51,212 nucleotides of DNA from an uncultured virus (IMG/VR IMGVR_UViG_2049941000_000254) (IMGVR_UViG_2049941000_000254), one strand, 5' to 3'. Shown: positions 1 to 7,973, counted from the first letter of the stretch. Program-made: numbers and translations. The notes: a model not told the origin generated them from the sequence alone.

Positions 1-271
1 GGTCTGTCCAGCTTCGGTTCGTGAGCCTTCCTTCCACGTAGAGCGTGGTTCCCTTGCGGATGCCGAGCTGTTCGACAACATCCGCAATCTTGCCCCAGCC
101 TACGATGTTGTGCCACTGCGTGTCTTCCTTCTGTTCGCCGTTGTTGTCGCGGTAGCGGCGGGAGGTTGCGAGGGAGAAGGAAACGACCTTCTTTCCGCTT
201 GCCTGGTTCACGCGGATTTCGGGGTCCTTGCCGATATTACCGATAAGCATCACTTTGTTTAGGTATGCCAT
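1..271 (-). CDS. ssb: Single-stranded DNA-binding protein (3'-truncated by window edge)
   Basis: Manual translation MAYLNKVMLIGNIGKDPEIR...FSLATSRRYRDNNGEQKEDTQWHNIVGWGK...YVEGRLTNRSW is a canonical SSB OB-fold; not in the ORF track because it is truncated. Confidence 0.95.
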   Translation of the reverse strand, partial: MAYLNKVMLIGNIGKDPEIRVNQASGKKVVSFSLATSRRYRDNNGEQKEDTQWHNIVGWGKIADVVEQLGIRKGTTLYVEGRLTNRSWTD

Positions 272-279
272 AATTTGTT

Positions 280-471
280 TTATCCTCTGAAAAAATTGAT
301 TTCAGTCTGTTGGGCCTTTTCCTTTTTCGTCTTGCGCTGTATTGCCTTGTACCCGTCGTATCCGTGGGATACTGCCCACTTCTCCAGCGCGTAGATGCGA
401 TTTGCTATCTTGCTTCCTGCACCTAGCTTGTCGCGCACAATCGCCGTGGACGGGTACTTGACAGCCTTCAT
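280..471 (-). CDS. Hypothetical protein (MKAVKYPSTA...)
   Basis: Fills the gap between ssb and the upstream gene in the same orientation. Confidence 0.5.
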   Translation of the reverse strand: MKAVKYPSTAIVRDKLGAGSKIANRIYALEKWAVSHGYDGYKAIQRKTKKEKAQQTEINFFRG

Positions 472-479
472 GCCTTTCC

Positions 480-923
480 CTAGTACATCATGTAGATGTG
501 TCTTAGCTTGTTGAGACGTAACAGTTCGATGACCTTGTCGGCCTTCGATCCGTCGATCCCGCATATCTTCACGAGGTCTTCCCTGGCTTCCTTTCGGCAC
601 TGACTGTCAAAGAAGTAGTTGTCCCTTTCCTTGAGTGCGCATCGGGTTTCCTCGCTGTCCTTCTGCACGTTACGCATCGAGCCACAGAAAAGCTTGAATT
701 TCCCGTTGATTTTCTCGTATGCCTTGACGCGCAAATCGTCGAGGGTTACACCGTCCTTTTTCTCCGACTTGTCGATGAACGTTTTGCAGTTCACGGCGGA
801 ATCCGAAGGCTTCCAGTATCCGGCGTGGTTGTCCACGTAGCATCCGTACAGGGTTTCGCCAGTTCCTGCTCTAGCGTGGTTGTAGTTGTCGCAGAAGGCG
901 CATTCAAGGCATGACTTGCACAT
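480..923 (-). CDS. Hypothetical protein with N-terminal Cys cluster (CKSCLECAFC)
   Basis: ATG at 923 has a GGAG SD overlapping the bet stop. Confidence 0.65.
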   Translation of the reverse strand: MCKSCLECAFCDNYNHARAGTGETLYGCYVDNHAGYWKPSDSAVNCKTFIDKSEKKDGVTLDDLRVKAYEKINGKFKLFCGSMRNVQKDSEETRCALKERDNYFFDSQCRKEAREDLVKICGIDGSKADKVIELLRLNKLRHIYMMY

Positions 924-927
924 TGTT

Positions 928-1713
928 CTACTCCTTTTGCGCTGCCGCGTTGATCGAGTCGTTGATGGCTCCGAACACGTCGCGGCGCTTGTCGGCGGGT
1001 ACGTCCTCGGGCTTGTCATACGCGTAGATTTTCATCGCGTCCTCGTACACCTTGGGATTCGCTTCGTGGAGCTTGTTCATGGCCAGCACGAAATTCTCTT
1101 TTTTCTGTTTTTCGCTCGTCGCCTGTTTCGCTTCCGTCTGCGGTTCCTGCGGCACTTCGGTGTAGCCTTGCTGTTCGAGCTTGTCCGCGCCTGTCATGTG
1201 TTCGGGGAGTTCGTCTGTCGTGTACGGCATGCCTCCGAAGTCGCACGGAAAAGCGCGTCTGAAAGCCGTTGCAATCGCTACCTTCTCCAGCATCATGCGC
1301 GGCTTGCTTGCCCAGAGCGAACGACCTGTAGAGTATTCGCTCATCCATACGGTTGACGTTACCGGCATGGTGCGGTCCTTGCGGTACACCTTGCACGTGC
1401 ATCCCATTTCGCCGTTCACTACCTGGAAATTTGTTTCGAATCCGTTGTAGTTCGGGTTCATTTCGGCGCGCTTGAGATAAACCTCGTATCCGGTGACGAT
1501 CGACATTACAGTCTGTCCGTCCTTGTTGCGGTACGTCGTGGCGTAGATTTCACGCTTGAAGGGGTTGAGGCCGAAAGCCTGCGCGACGGCTGCAAACTGG
1601 TTGCGCTGAACGTCCGTAAGCTTGTCCGTGAGCGTTGCGAAGTAGTCGCTCAACAGCTTCGATGTGATTTGGTTCTGTTCGGTGACTGTGGTCACTGCGT
1701 TTTCGTTTGCCAT
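928..1713 (-). CDS. bet: Phage ssDNA-annealing recombinase, Bet/RecT family
   Basis: GLNPFKREIY, IVTGYEVYLKRAE, W..KPRMMLEKVAIATAFRRAFP motifs; adjacent to ssb. Confidence 0.9.
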   Translation of the reverse strand: MANENAVTTVTEQNQITSKLLSDYFATLTDKLTDVQRNQFAAVAQAFGLNPFKREIYATTYRNKDGQTVMSIVTGYEVYLKRAEMNPNYNGFETNFQVVNGEMGCTCKVYRKDRTMPVTSTVWMSEYSTGRSLWASKPRMMLEKVAIATAFRRAFPCDFGGMPYTTDELPEHMTGADKLEQQGYTEVPQEPQTEAKQATSEKQKKENFVLAMNKLHEANPKVYEDAMKIYAYDKPEDVPADKRRDVFGAINDSINAAAQKE

Positions 1714-1965
1714 TTTGGTATTCTCCTGTTAAAAGTATTTCCAGAGGATTAAGATTGCTCGTTCAAGCGGTTTCATCTTACTTTCTCCGTAAGTAGTTTG
1801 TTAAAGGTTCAAATTCTAGCAAGGCGTGGTCGTGAGCGAAACCCCATGCTAAGGCGTCCCTCATTGTCATTACGCCAAGCGGCTCTCCGTTCGCCTCGAC
1901 ATAGAATAGCAGCTTCGCATCCATGCGCTACACCCGGTCAAGATACGACGCAAGGGCAAAGAGCT

Positions 1966-2015
1966 TGACAAAGAGGTACATGCAGCCCATTCCGACAGCC
2001 ATTATTCCGGCAAAT
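1966..2015. repeat. 50-nt duplicated contig end (reverse complement of 3128-3177 and of 51163-51212)
   Basis: Exact match, each copy abutting an N gap or the window end; assembly overlap. Confidence 0.9.
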
Positions 2016-2212
2016 NNNNNNNNNNCCTTGCGCCGATGAACGACGAAATCAACCTTTTGCGCAACTTCGCGCAAGGCGTAAGCCAGCGACTAGAAAAGGC
2101 CGAACGATCAGCGCGTGAGCAGGATAACCACCACTACTACAAGATTTTCGCCGACGGCGTTAAAACGCTGCTGGAGGCGCTTTAGCGAAGCGGATTTTTC
2201 AAAAAAAAAGCC

Positions 2213-2240
2213 AAAATAGCGTCAGCAATGACGCTATTTT
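2213..2240. terminator. Hairpin terminator, probably bidirectional
   Basis: AAAATAGCGTCA-GCAA-TGACGCTATTTT with flanking A/T tracts. Confidence 0.65.
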
Positions 2241-2291
2241 CGTGTTAATAAATATTTTACAAAAAAAATCAAGTTTTTTATAAAAAATATC

Positions 2292-2320
2292 TTGACAACA
2301 TGGGAGAATTAAGGTATATT
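2292..2320 (+). promoter_or_regulatory. sigma70-type promoter
   Basis: TTGACA-N17-TATATT upstream of the 2346 ORF (SD GAGG). Confidence 0.75.
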
Positions 2321-2345
2321 TACACATGTAAACAAGAGGTAAAAA

Positions 2346-2588
2346 ATGGCAAAAGAACATAAAAAGATGGTGGCTTGGATTGACTACGAACACGATCCTA
2401 ACAGAATCCCCAAGCCGAACATGACGGTTCTCATGATTGTCGATTACGAGGTCTGCATCGGGTATTACGATGTAAAGCTCGGCTTCCAGATGCTCCCGCT
2501 CGAACATAGGCTGTCAAACCATTTCAACGCAAAAAGCGTGACCCCGACATTCTGGGCTTACTTGCCAAGACACCCATTCGAAGTTTAG
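2346..2588 (+). CDS. Hypothetical phage protein
   Basis: ORF with SD, first gene after the promoter. Confidence 0.7.
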   Translation: MAKEHKKMVAWIDYEHDPNRIPKPNMTVLMIVDYEVCIGYYDVKLGFQMLPLEHRLSNHFNAKSVTPTFWAYLPRHPFEV

Positions 2589-2611
2589 TCAAAAAAAAAG
2601 GAAGAAAAAAA

Positions 2612-2878
2612 ATGGCAACAGAAACCACTACACTCAAGAGCGTGGCGATTACGGCGAAGGCTTACGAAATCGCCACCGCCGAATCCAGGCGCCGCAAGGA
2701 TAGCGGAATCCCCGCTTCCCTCACCAACGTAATCAGCGAGGCCGTTGTGCGCTCTTTCTCGCGTGATAGCGACCTCCAGACAATAGCGAAGGCCGAAGAA
2801 CTCGGCTTCAAGGTGGACTCAACAGCCACCATTGGCGAAACTTTGCGCGACGCGAAAAACTTTATCGAAGGGGCGTAA
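2612..2878 (+). CDS. Small putative DNA-binding (ribbon-helix-helix-like) protein
   Basis: KSVAITAKAYEI...SLTNVISEAV pattern; early operon position. Confidence 0.5.
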   Translation: MATETTTLKSVAITAKAYEIATAESRRRKDSGIPASLTNVISEAVVRSFSRDSDLQTIAKAEELGFKVDSTATIGETLRDAKNFIEGA

Positions 2879-2879
2879 A

Positions 2880-3086
2880 ATGTCATTTTCCGACAACATT
2901 ATACGTTCCAAGGATGGGAGCTGGCAGATCGTCATAGACGAAGATGCCGAAGGCGCCCACATCCGATGCACAGGCAATGTTCCGAAGTCCGTCAAGGATG
3001 CCGTCGAACAGCGCGAAAGTAACGGCAAGTGCAACGGTGCCAAGGAGCTCCGCTTCTTCGCCCGCCTGCTGGTAATCAACGCATAG
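2880..3086 (+). CDS. Hypothetical protein (MSFSDNIIR...)
   Basis: Translationally coupled to the upstream stop. Confidence 0.55.
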   Translation: MSFSDNIIRSKDGSWQIVIDEDAEGAHIRCTGNVPKSVKDAVEQRESNGKCNGAKELRFFARLLVINA

Positions 3087-3187
3087 GAGCCGACGATGAA
3101 AAAAGATGATGTAAAGCATATCGCCGGATTTGCCGGAATAATGGCTGTCGGAATGGGCTGCATGTACCTCTTTGTCANNNNNNNNNN

Positions 3188-3272
3188 GGAGTTTCCTCCC
3201 TTCACTGAGTCTAATCAACTATGAGTCTGAGTTACCCCAAACTCACGGGTATTTAGCCCGTGGGTAGTTGAT
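3188..3272 (-). ncRNA. IscB omegaRNA (HEARO-like) 5' part, cut by a gap
   Basis: Reverse complement ATCAACTACCCACGGGCTAAATACCCGTGAGTTTGGGGTAACTCAGACTCATAGTTGATTAGACTCAGTGAAG is near-identical to 50710-50782, which precedes an IscB PLMP N-terminus. Confidence 0.85.
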
Positions 3273-3352
3273 CCGCCAGTATTTAGTCATTCCTGACGTG
3301 ACATTTGGCTCAGGAGCACCGGGAATGACCCGTACTCACATGCATGCAATAG

Positions 3353-3711
3353 TGGAGGTGAGGGGAGTCGAACCCCTGTCCTAAACGTCATTCCAGTTCA
3401 ACCGTATCACAATCCATCGTTTTGGGCCCTGTCCTGTTGCCCTGGGAGATGTATCCTTGAGGGGTCCTGATCCAGTATAAGATAGCCGATCTACGACCAG
3501 TAACTCACGGCTAAATTTGAGAGATATGCACTTGGTCCCCGGCTTTATTCCTCTCGCTTGGCCGGGGCAACGGCGTGCTACCGGTTAAGCAGCAGCGCTG
3601 TAGGCGAATGCATTGTCAGCATTTATTGTTTTAGTCCGTTTTTACGAAGCCACAGACCAACTTCGTGTGAGGTCTCCACGGTCTGATGCCCAGTCGAAAC
3701 CAAGCACCCCC
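3353..3711 (-). ncRNA. ssrA: tmRNA; tag ORF 3620-3585 encodes (A)ADNAFAYSAAA*
   Basis: 5' GGGGGUG pairs with 3' CACCUCC including the G3.U Ala determinant; GGUUUCGAC after the acceptor strand; T-arm AGGGGUUCGACUCCCCU; resume context AAUAAAU-GCU; tag ends in AAA; 359 nt. Confidence 0.95.
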
Positions 3712-3719
3712 AAAGAGCA

Positions 3720-3908
3720 TGGGGCTAGTTGTCTATCGCCCCAAGGAACCGATCGAATGAATATCCAGACAACTCATTCACCCAACCGGCGACATTCTAA
3801 GGAACAAGGGGAATCCCGATTCGCTACCCCTCATGGGTCGTCCTCCCGTAAGGGAGCCAAGCTACTAAAACCCATGGACCACTTAATTGATCGTCCAGAC
3901 TGTTCCTG
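3720..3908 (-). ncRNA. Unrecognised structured RNA(s) between tRNA-Pro and tmRNA
   Basis: Multi-branch unit closed by AGGAACA/UGUUCCU, then two hairpins with complementary loops (AGUUGUCU / AGACAACU). Confidence 0.6.
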
Positions 3909-3916
3909 TTTTGTAG

Positions 3917-3990
3917 TCGGAGTGACTGGATTTAAACCAGCGACCTCCGGATCCCAAATCCGGCGCTCTATCAGCCTGAGCTACACTCCG
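3917..3990 (-). tRNA. tRNA-Pro (UGG)
   Basis: Full cloverleaf: CGGAGUG/CACUCCG acceptor, GCUC/GAGC D stem, CCGGA-UUUGGGA-UCCGG anticodon arm, GCUGG-UUUAAAU-CCAGU T arm; CCA not encoded. Confidence 0.93.
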
Positions 3991-4413
3991 ATGTGCCCCT
4001 TTGCCTCACGGCGCCTTTGACGGCAAGATCTCCCAGAGGGGGCTGACTCTTCCTACTTCTACGATCGTCCCCTTCCCAACGTACTACGGTCAGTCCAGGA
4101 ACAACGCCCCAACCCAATGGGGCTTAGGTCGTTACGTCGGCGTACAGTTTGCACGCCCAGCACATGGGGAGAATACCCGGATCGCATGCGACCCTGTACT
4201 CTTTACTATCAAGACCATGCCATGTTTTGGTACGACGAGGAACTACGATGCCGCTGCAGGCGGCCACTTTTCAAACTTTTCGGCGGTACGGGCAGGTAAA
4301 ATCATAGGGGAGTTAACCACTTAAATACCCGTACCGCCGCTGCACAATTAAAACGCTTCCGAACTGTCAATCTTCTGATATGGCTCTCGGCCACATCGCC
4401 GTTCTTCCCGGCT
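3991..4413 (-). ncRNA. Unrecognised highly structured RNA region (~420 nt) at the head of the tRNA/tmRNA operon
   Basis: No credible minus-strand ORF; many stems with G.U pairs on the minus strand; begins at the predicted TSS. Confidence 0.6.
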
Positions 4414-4419
4414 GTCCTT

Positions 4420-4448
4420 AATGTAGCAAATTACATCGCGAATGTCAA
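4420..4448 (-). promoter_or_regulatory. Promoter of the ncRNA operon
   Basis: TTGACA-N17-TACATT with TGC extension; TSS ~4413. Confidence 0.8.
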
Positions 4449-4506
4449 CCAAAAAGAGCGAAATTTATTGCAGCTTATATTCTTTGTCAAGCTGCTNNNN
4501 NNNNNN

Positions 4507-5439
4507 AGCATGTTTTTCCACATACCCAAGCAAATCTTCCCATTCGACGATGCAAAGTTCGCTCAGACCCTTGGAGAGATCCGTCAAGTTTGACCAGAAC
4601 ATGCCTTCTGCATATTTGCACTCGTCCTTGAAATCCCAACGCAATGGCGCGACACATGGCCCATGCAAGAATACCTCGCCATGGCCATACTTATCCAGGG
4701 TAACGTCGTCGATACGCATTATCTTACTCCACTCAACATCGCCGTCATACCAGAAAACATACTTGCCTTTCAGACAGCCAGTGAGTACCCCAATAACCTG
4801 CTTCTCGATACCGTTATAGCTTTTGACAATCTCGGAAACATGCGCGGTGGCATCCGCGATGGTGTCGGTCAGCAGGGAGGTGAGGTCATCCTTTTTACCC
4901 CTGAGACCTTTGGCCACTTCCTGCATCTTCTTGTACACATCAAGGTCATATCGTACATTCACGGCATCCCAGTATTTCCTTATCATGTTGTCCACCATCG
5001 GGCCAAGGCGGTCATCCCCTATCACGGACGGCAACCTAACAAGTGCACCAAACAGTGCCTTGAACGCTGCCTTGTCTTCGGCATTCTGTTTGAGCGTGGC
5101 CGCAATTTCGTCGATGTATTTGAGGACGACCTCCACCAGCAGTTCGAACTCGAGTTGGCGTTCGGCTTCCATTGAATCCGTTTCTTCTCTTGCCCGTTTC
5201 AATGCATTGTCCACGTCAGCCTGCCGGTCACTATGGAGAGTAAGGACTTCATATTTCTTACGTTCTTCCCTGGTTTTCTGACAAAGAAGAGCAAGCAGGT
5301 AGTTAATGGCCGTACCACACCTTCCGATATAATGGTAGATTGACCGCTTAAACTCCTCCACGGTAAAATTGGAAAAGTCCACCTTGTAGTTTTCCGAGTA
5401 TGCTTCCTTGGCTTCTTTGAGGAATTGCTTTCCGTCCAT
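4507..5439 (-). CDS. Hypothetical protein, helical/coiled-coil N-half; C-terminus in gap
   Basis: Long ORF with coding-like composition. Confidence 0.75.
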
Positions 5440-5523
5440 AATACCTGTCCTATATGCTCACGCGCTGACTTTTCATTTCTGCGGTTGCCATGATTACTCG
5501 TTTACGCATTACGTTTCATGCCC

Positions 5524-5751
5524 TCATCTCTCCCAGCCGATGAGTTGATCTGCATTGACTAACGGTTTTTTCTTCTCTGGAATCAGCATTGACGGATAGT
5601 CGTAGAATTTCATGGGATGTGTCCGAAAGAAATCAATATTCTCTTTCCACGTTCTCAAATCTTCTAGGAGATCTTCTACTGAGGGAAGATCCTTGGCATG
5701 CTTCTTCACATCTTCTGCCGTTGTGCATTGTGAGTCTGCTATCAATATCAT
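5524..5751 (-). CDS. Hypothetical protein
   Basis: ATG at 5751 with a GGGG SD-like sequence. Confidence 0.55.
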   Translation of the reverse strand: MILIADSQCTTAEDVKKHAKDLPSVEDLLEDLRTWKENIDFFRTHPMKFYDYPSMLIPEKKKPLVNADQLIGWER

Positions 5752-5847
5752 TTTAGCCCCTGTCGTTTCATTTCTGCGGTTCGAATCCTTTTCCACGTTT
5801 TAAACATGTCTTTCGCCCGTTCCGATACGAGAAGCTGCAATTCATTG

Positions 5848-6060
5848 TCACCGTTTGGCATCCCATATACGGACATGGCCGTCCTCGAAGCGCATCTTGT
5901 ACACTTTCACGTCCCAGGTCCCGGTGCCCGTTTTCCAATACTTGGCCCATACTTCGCAGGTCTCACCGAGATGGAGACCGGGGGAACATTTTGCCACGTA
6001 ATGGACCGGATGGCCGAACTCGTCCATCTCCGGCTTCATAAAAGGATCAATCTTGTCCAT
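5848..6060 (-). CDS. Hypothetical protein
   Basis: GGAG SD, tightly packed operon. Confidence 0.65.
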   Translation of the reverse strand: MDKIDPFMKPEMDEFGHPVHYVAKCSPGLHLGETCEVWAKYWKTGTGTWDVKVYKMRFEDGHVRIWDAKR

Positions 6061-6062
6061 TC

Positions 6063-6377
6063 TTATCTCCTCGGGCTGTCGAGTACATAGCTGTAATCGT
6101 GGATGAGGGTGTCAACCAGGACACCCCACTTGTAAGATTCCCCGAACGGAAGGGCATCCATGCGGAATGCCCCCAGGTCAGGGTCATAGTTGCAATCCTT
6201 TTCCAGGCGCAGATGGCACGACTCGTTCGGGAAGGTGTGGAACATCTCCTCGAACTGCAACATCTTGGCAAAGATTGCGCCAAGTGTGTTCAGGTCGGTG
6301 GAAGCGAACACGGTATATTGCGTCTTGTGCTCGTCCTGGAACAGGATCGCGTAGTGGTCTACCCGTTTTTTACTCAT
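6063..6377 (-). CDS. Hypothetical protein
   Basis: ATGA overlap with the upstream gene. Confidence 0.7.
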   Translation of the reverse strand: MSKKRVDHYAILFQDEHKTQYTVFASTDLNTLGAIFAKMLQFEEMFHTFPNESCHLRLEKDCNYDPDLGAFRMDALPFGESYKWGVLVDTLIHDYSYVLDSPRR

Positions 6378-6718
6378 ATAGCGAACGCCTTCTCGTTAAA
6401 TTTTGCACAGGCATGCTTGACGGCTTCCTCGTCTTCAGCATCCACAATGAACCCACGGTAGAAATCTGCTATCGGGAAGAGGTCCTGCTCGGCCNNNNNN
6501 NNNNAAAGCAGGGTCTTACCCTGGTAGCCGTCCACCTGGCATTCAACGCCGCCACGACCTTCATTGGAGGCAGCCCGCAATTCATCAAGGTCGTCCTTGG
6601 CCACGGCCACGATGTCATATCCGAAGAAATCCTCTACCTTTCCATGAAGGTAGATACCACCGATGCCATGCCAATTCTGGTCACCGTCTTCAATCTTTTC
6701 AACACTAGCGAACAGCAT
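6374..6718 (-). CDS. Hypothetical protein (spans a gap)
   Basis: TAATG coupling to the CoaD-like gene. Confidence 0.55.
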   Translation of the reverse strand: MLFASVEKIEDGDQNWHGIGGIYLHGKVEDFFGYDIVAVAKDDLDELRAASNEGRGGVECQVDGYQGKTLLXXXXAEQDLFPIADFYRGFIVDAEDEEAVKHACAKFNEKAFAI

Positions 6719-7187
6719 TACTTGCCCTCCTTGCTCATTAATACTGCAACCGATTCAGGGACCGGGATTTCATCCAGCGGGAGATACTTGACCATCTCCC
6801 GCACCAACGAACTTGATACGCTCCGGTATTTCGGTTTCGCAATCAGCGGGATGAACTCGAAACGGATCATGTGGCTGAACCACTTGTACTGGTCAGCCAG
6901 GTTCAGTTCATCGGTAGCATCGGTTGCATTACGGATACCTCGGATGATGTTCATGCAGTTGTCGAGATATTCGCGGTGGTTGCTCATGTAGTCGAGAACA
7001 GTATGTTCCGGCTTCAGGATGTCAACATAGAACTCCGTACGGGGACAACGGCCCTTGGCGCCCTCGATTGCAAGCGCGGAATAGATGGCCTTCTGCATTT
7101 CCTCAGCGGGAAGGAAGCGTTCCCCCTTGCCGGGGTTCTGGGAAATCAGGATGACCACCTTGTCAAACAGGTCGCCCGCACGGAGTG
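6718..7187 (-). CDS. Phosphopantetheine adenylyltransferase (CoaD)-like nucleotidyltransferase; N-terminus lost in gap
   Basis: LFDKVVILISQNPGK, IIRGIRNATD..DE and YRSVSSSLVREM match the PPAT pattern. Confidence 0.7.
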
Positions 7188-7197
7188 NNNNNNNNNN

Positions 7198-7506
7198 GGT
7201 AAGACGGTCATACGCCTCGCCGCGCTCCCATGTGTTGAGCATTTCGGAATTGAGGCGCTTGCGCCTACGGCATTCCGGCTTCACCTGGTCATTTTCAAGA
7301 GCATGCTTCATCGCGTCCTCGCGGTTAAGGAACACGATTTCGTCACCGACCGATGCGGCAAACCCGTCCGCACGGCTTTCCAGTATATTATAGAACCTCA
7401 GGAGGGTCGCGTATGCCTCCCCGTGGTCATGGCCCTTGCCGAACGGGACATTGATTGGCTGCCCGGACGGAATAAACTTGCCAAGGCAAACTGCTGCGAT
7501 AATCAT
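7198..7506 (-). CDS. Hypothetical phage protein, partial (MIIAAVCLG...)
   Basis: GGAGAAGGA SD; fused to the CoaD-like ORF only through an N gap. Confidence 0.6.
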
Positions 7507-7514
7507 TCCTTCTC

Positions 7515-7652
7515 CTAGTAGAACACCTGGGTCAACTGGTCGGCCAGACGGTACAGGTTGTTCAGTTCCTGTTCCGTCATGGCGCCGAGTTCGCCCTCGG
7601 TAAAGATTTGCTGCAAGCAGAAGAACGGATCGTACCACGATTCGCTACATCC
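7515..7652 (-). pseudogene. 3' half of a small gene interrupted by IS607 element 1 (GCSESWYDPFF...QVFY*)
   Basis: Joins in frame to the 5' half at 10924-10839 (MAESEHF...GRNSM) when the element is removed at the GG core. Confidence 0.75.
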
Positions 7653-7768
7653 GATAAATCATTTCTACACATTTCTACCAATTAAATATGTATTGGTGAT
7701 TTCTTGCTTCATCGCCATGCACTGCTCTTGTGTTTCAAAGAACTGCAACCTCATGTCTNNNNNNNNNN

Positions 7769-7973
7769 GAGGGTTTACCCATATCCTCTTAAACTGTGTC
7801 CAATCTCTAAAAAGACCGTCACTTTCGATAGTGTCAAAATTCGGGATTCCTAAATCTTTTGCTTTTTCAGAGGTTGTCGCGGGATCGTAATCAAATGACC
7901 CAAATCTCGAAACAACGCTTTTTGGCGTATAGTATTCGTTGTCGCTAGAAAAATTTATTGAACCTTTGCTCAT
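7769..7973 (-). CDS. Phage DNA N6-adenine methyltransferase (Dam-like), partial
   Basis: DNEYYTPK, FDYDPA, DGL..DW and IWVNP(P) motifs. Confidence 0.8.

Noticed and set aside
3880..3916. tRNA-associated HDV-like (theta) ribozyme
   Set aside because: The sequence after the tRNA 3' end does not show the nested double-pseudoknot pattern
3613..4324. ORFs 3613-4020, 4001-4324 and 4117-4299
   Set aside because: They are antisense to the tmRNA, tRNA and structured RNA; no SD and atypical composition
6718..7638. Single 306-aa ORF, and similar fusions at 7665-7973, 8307-9474, 15704-16414, 25943-27190 and 30577-31614
   Set aside because: Artefacts of translating through N gaps that join unrelated genes
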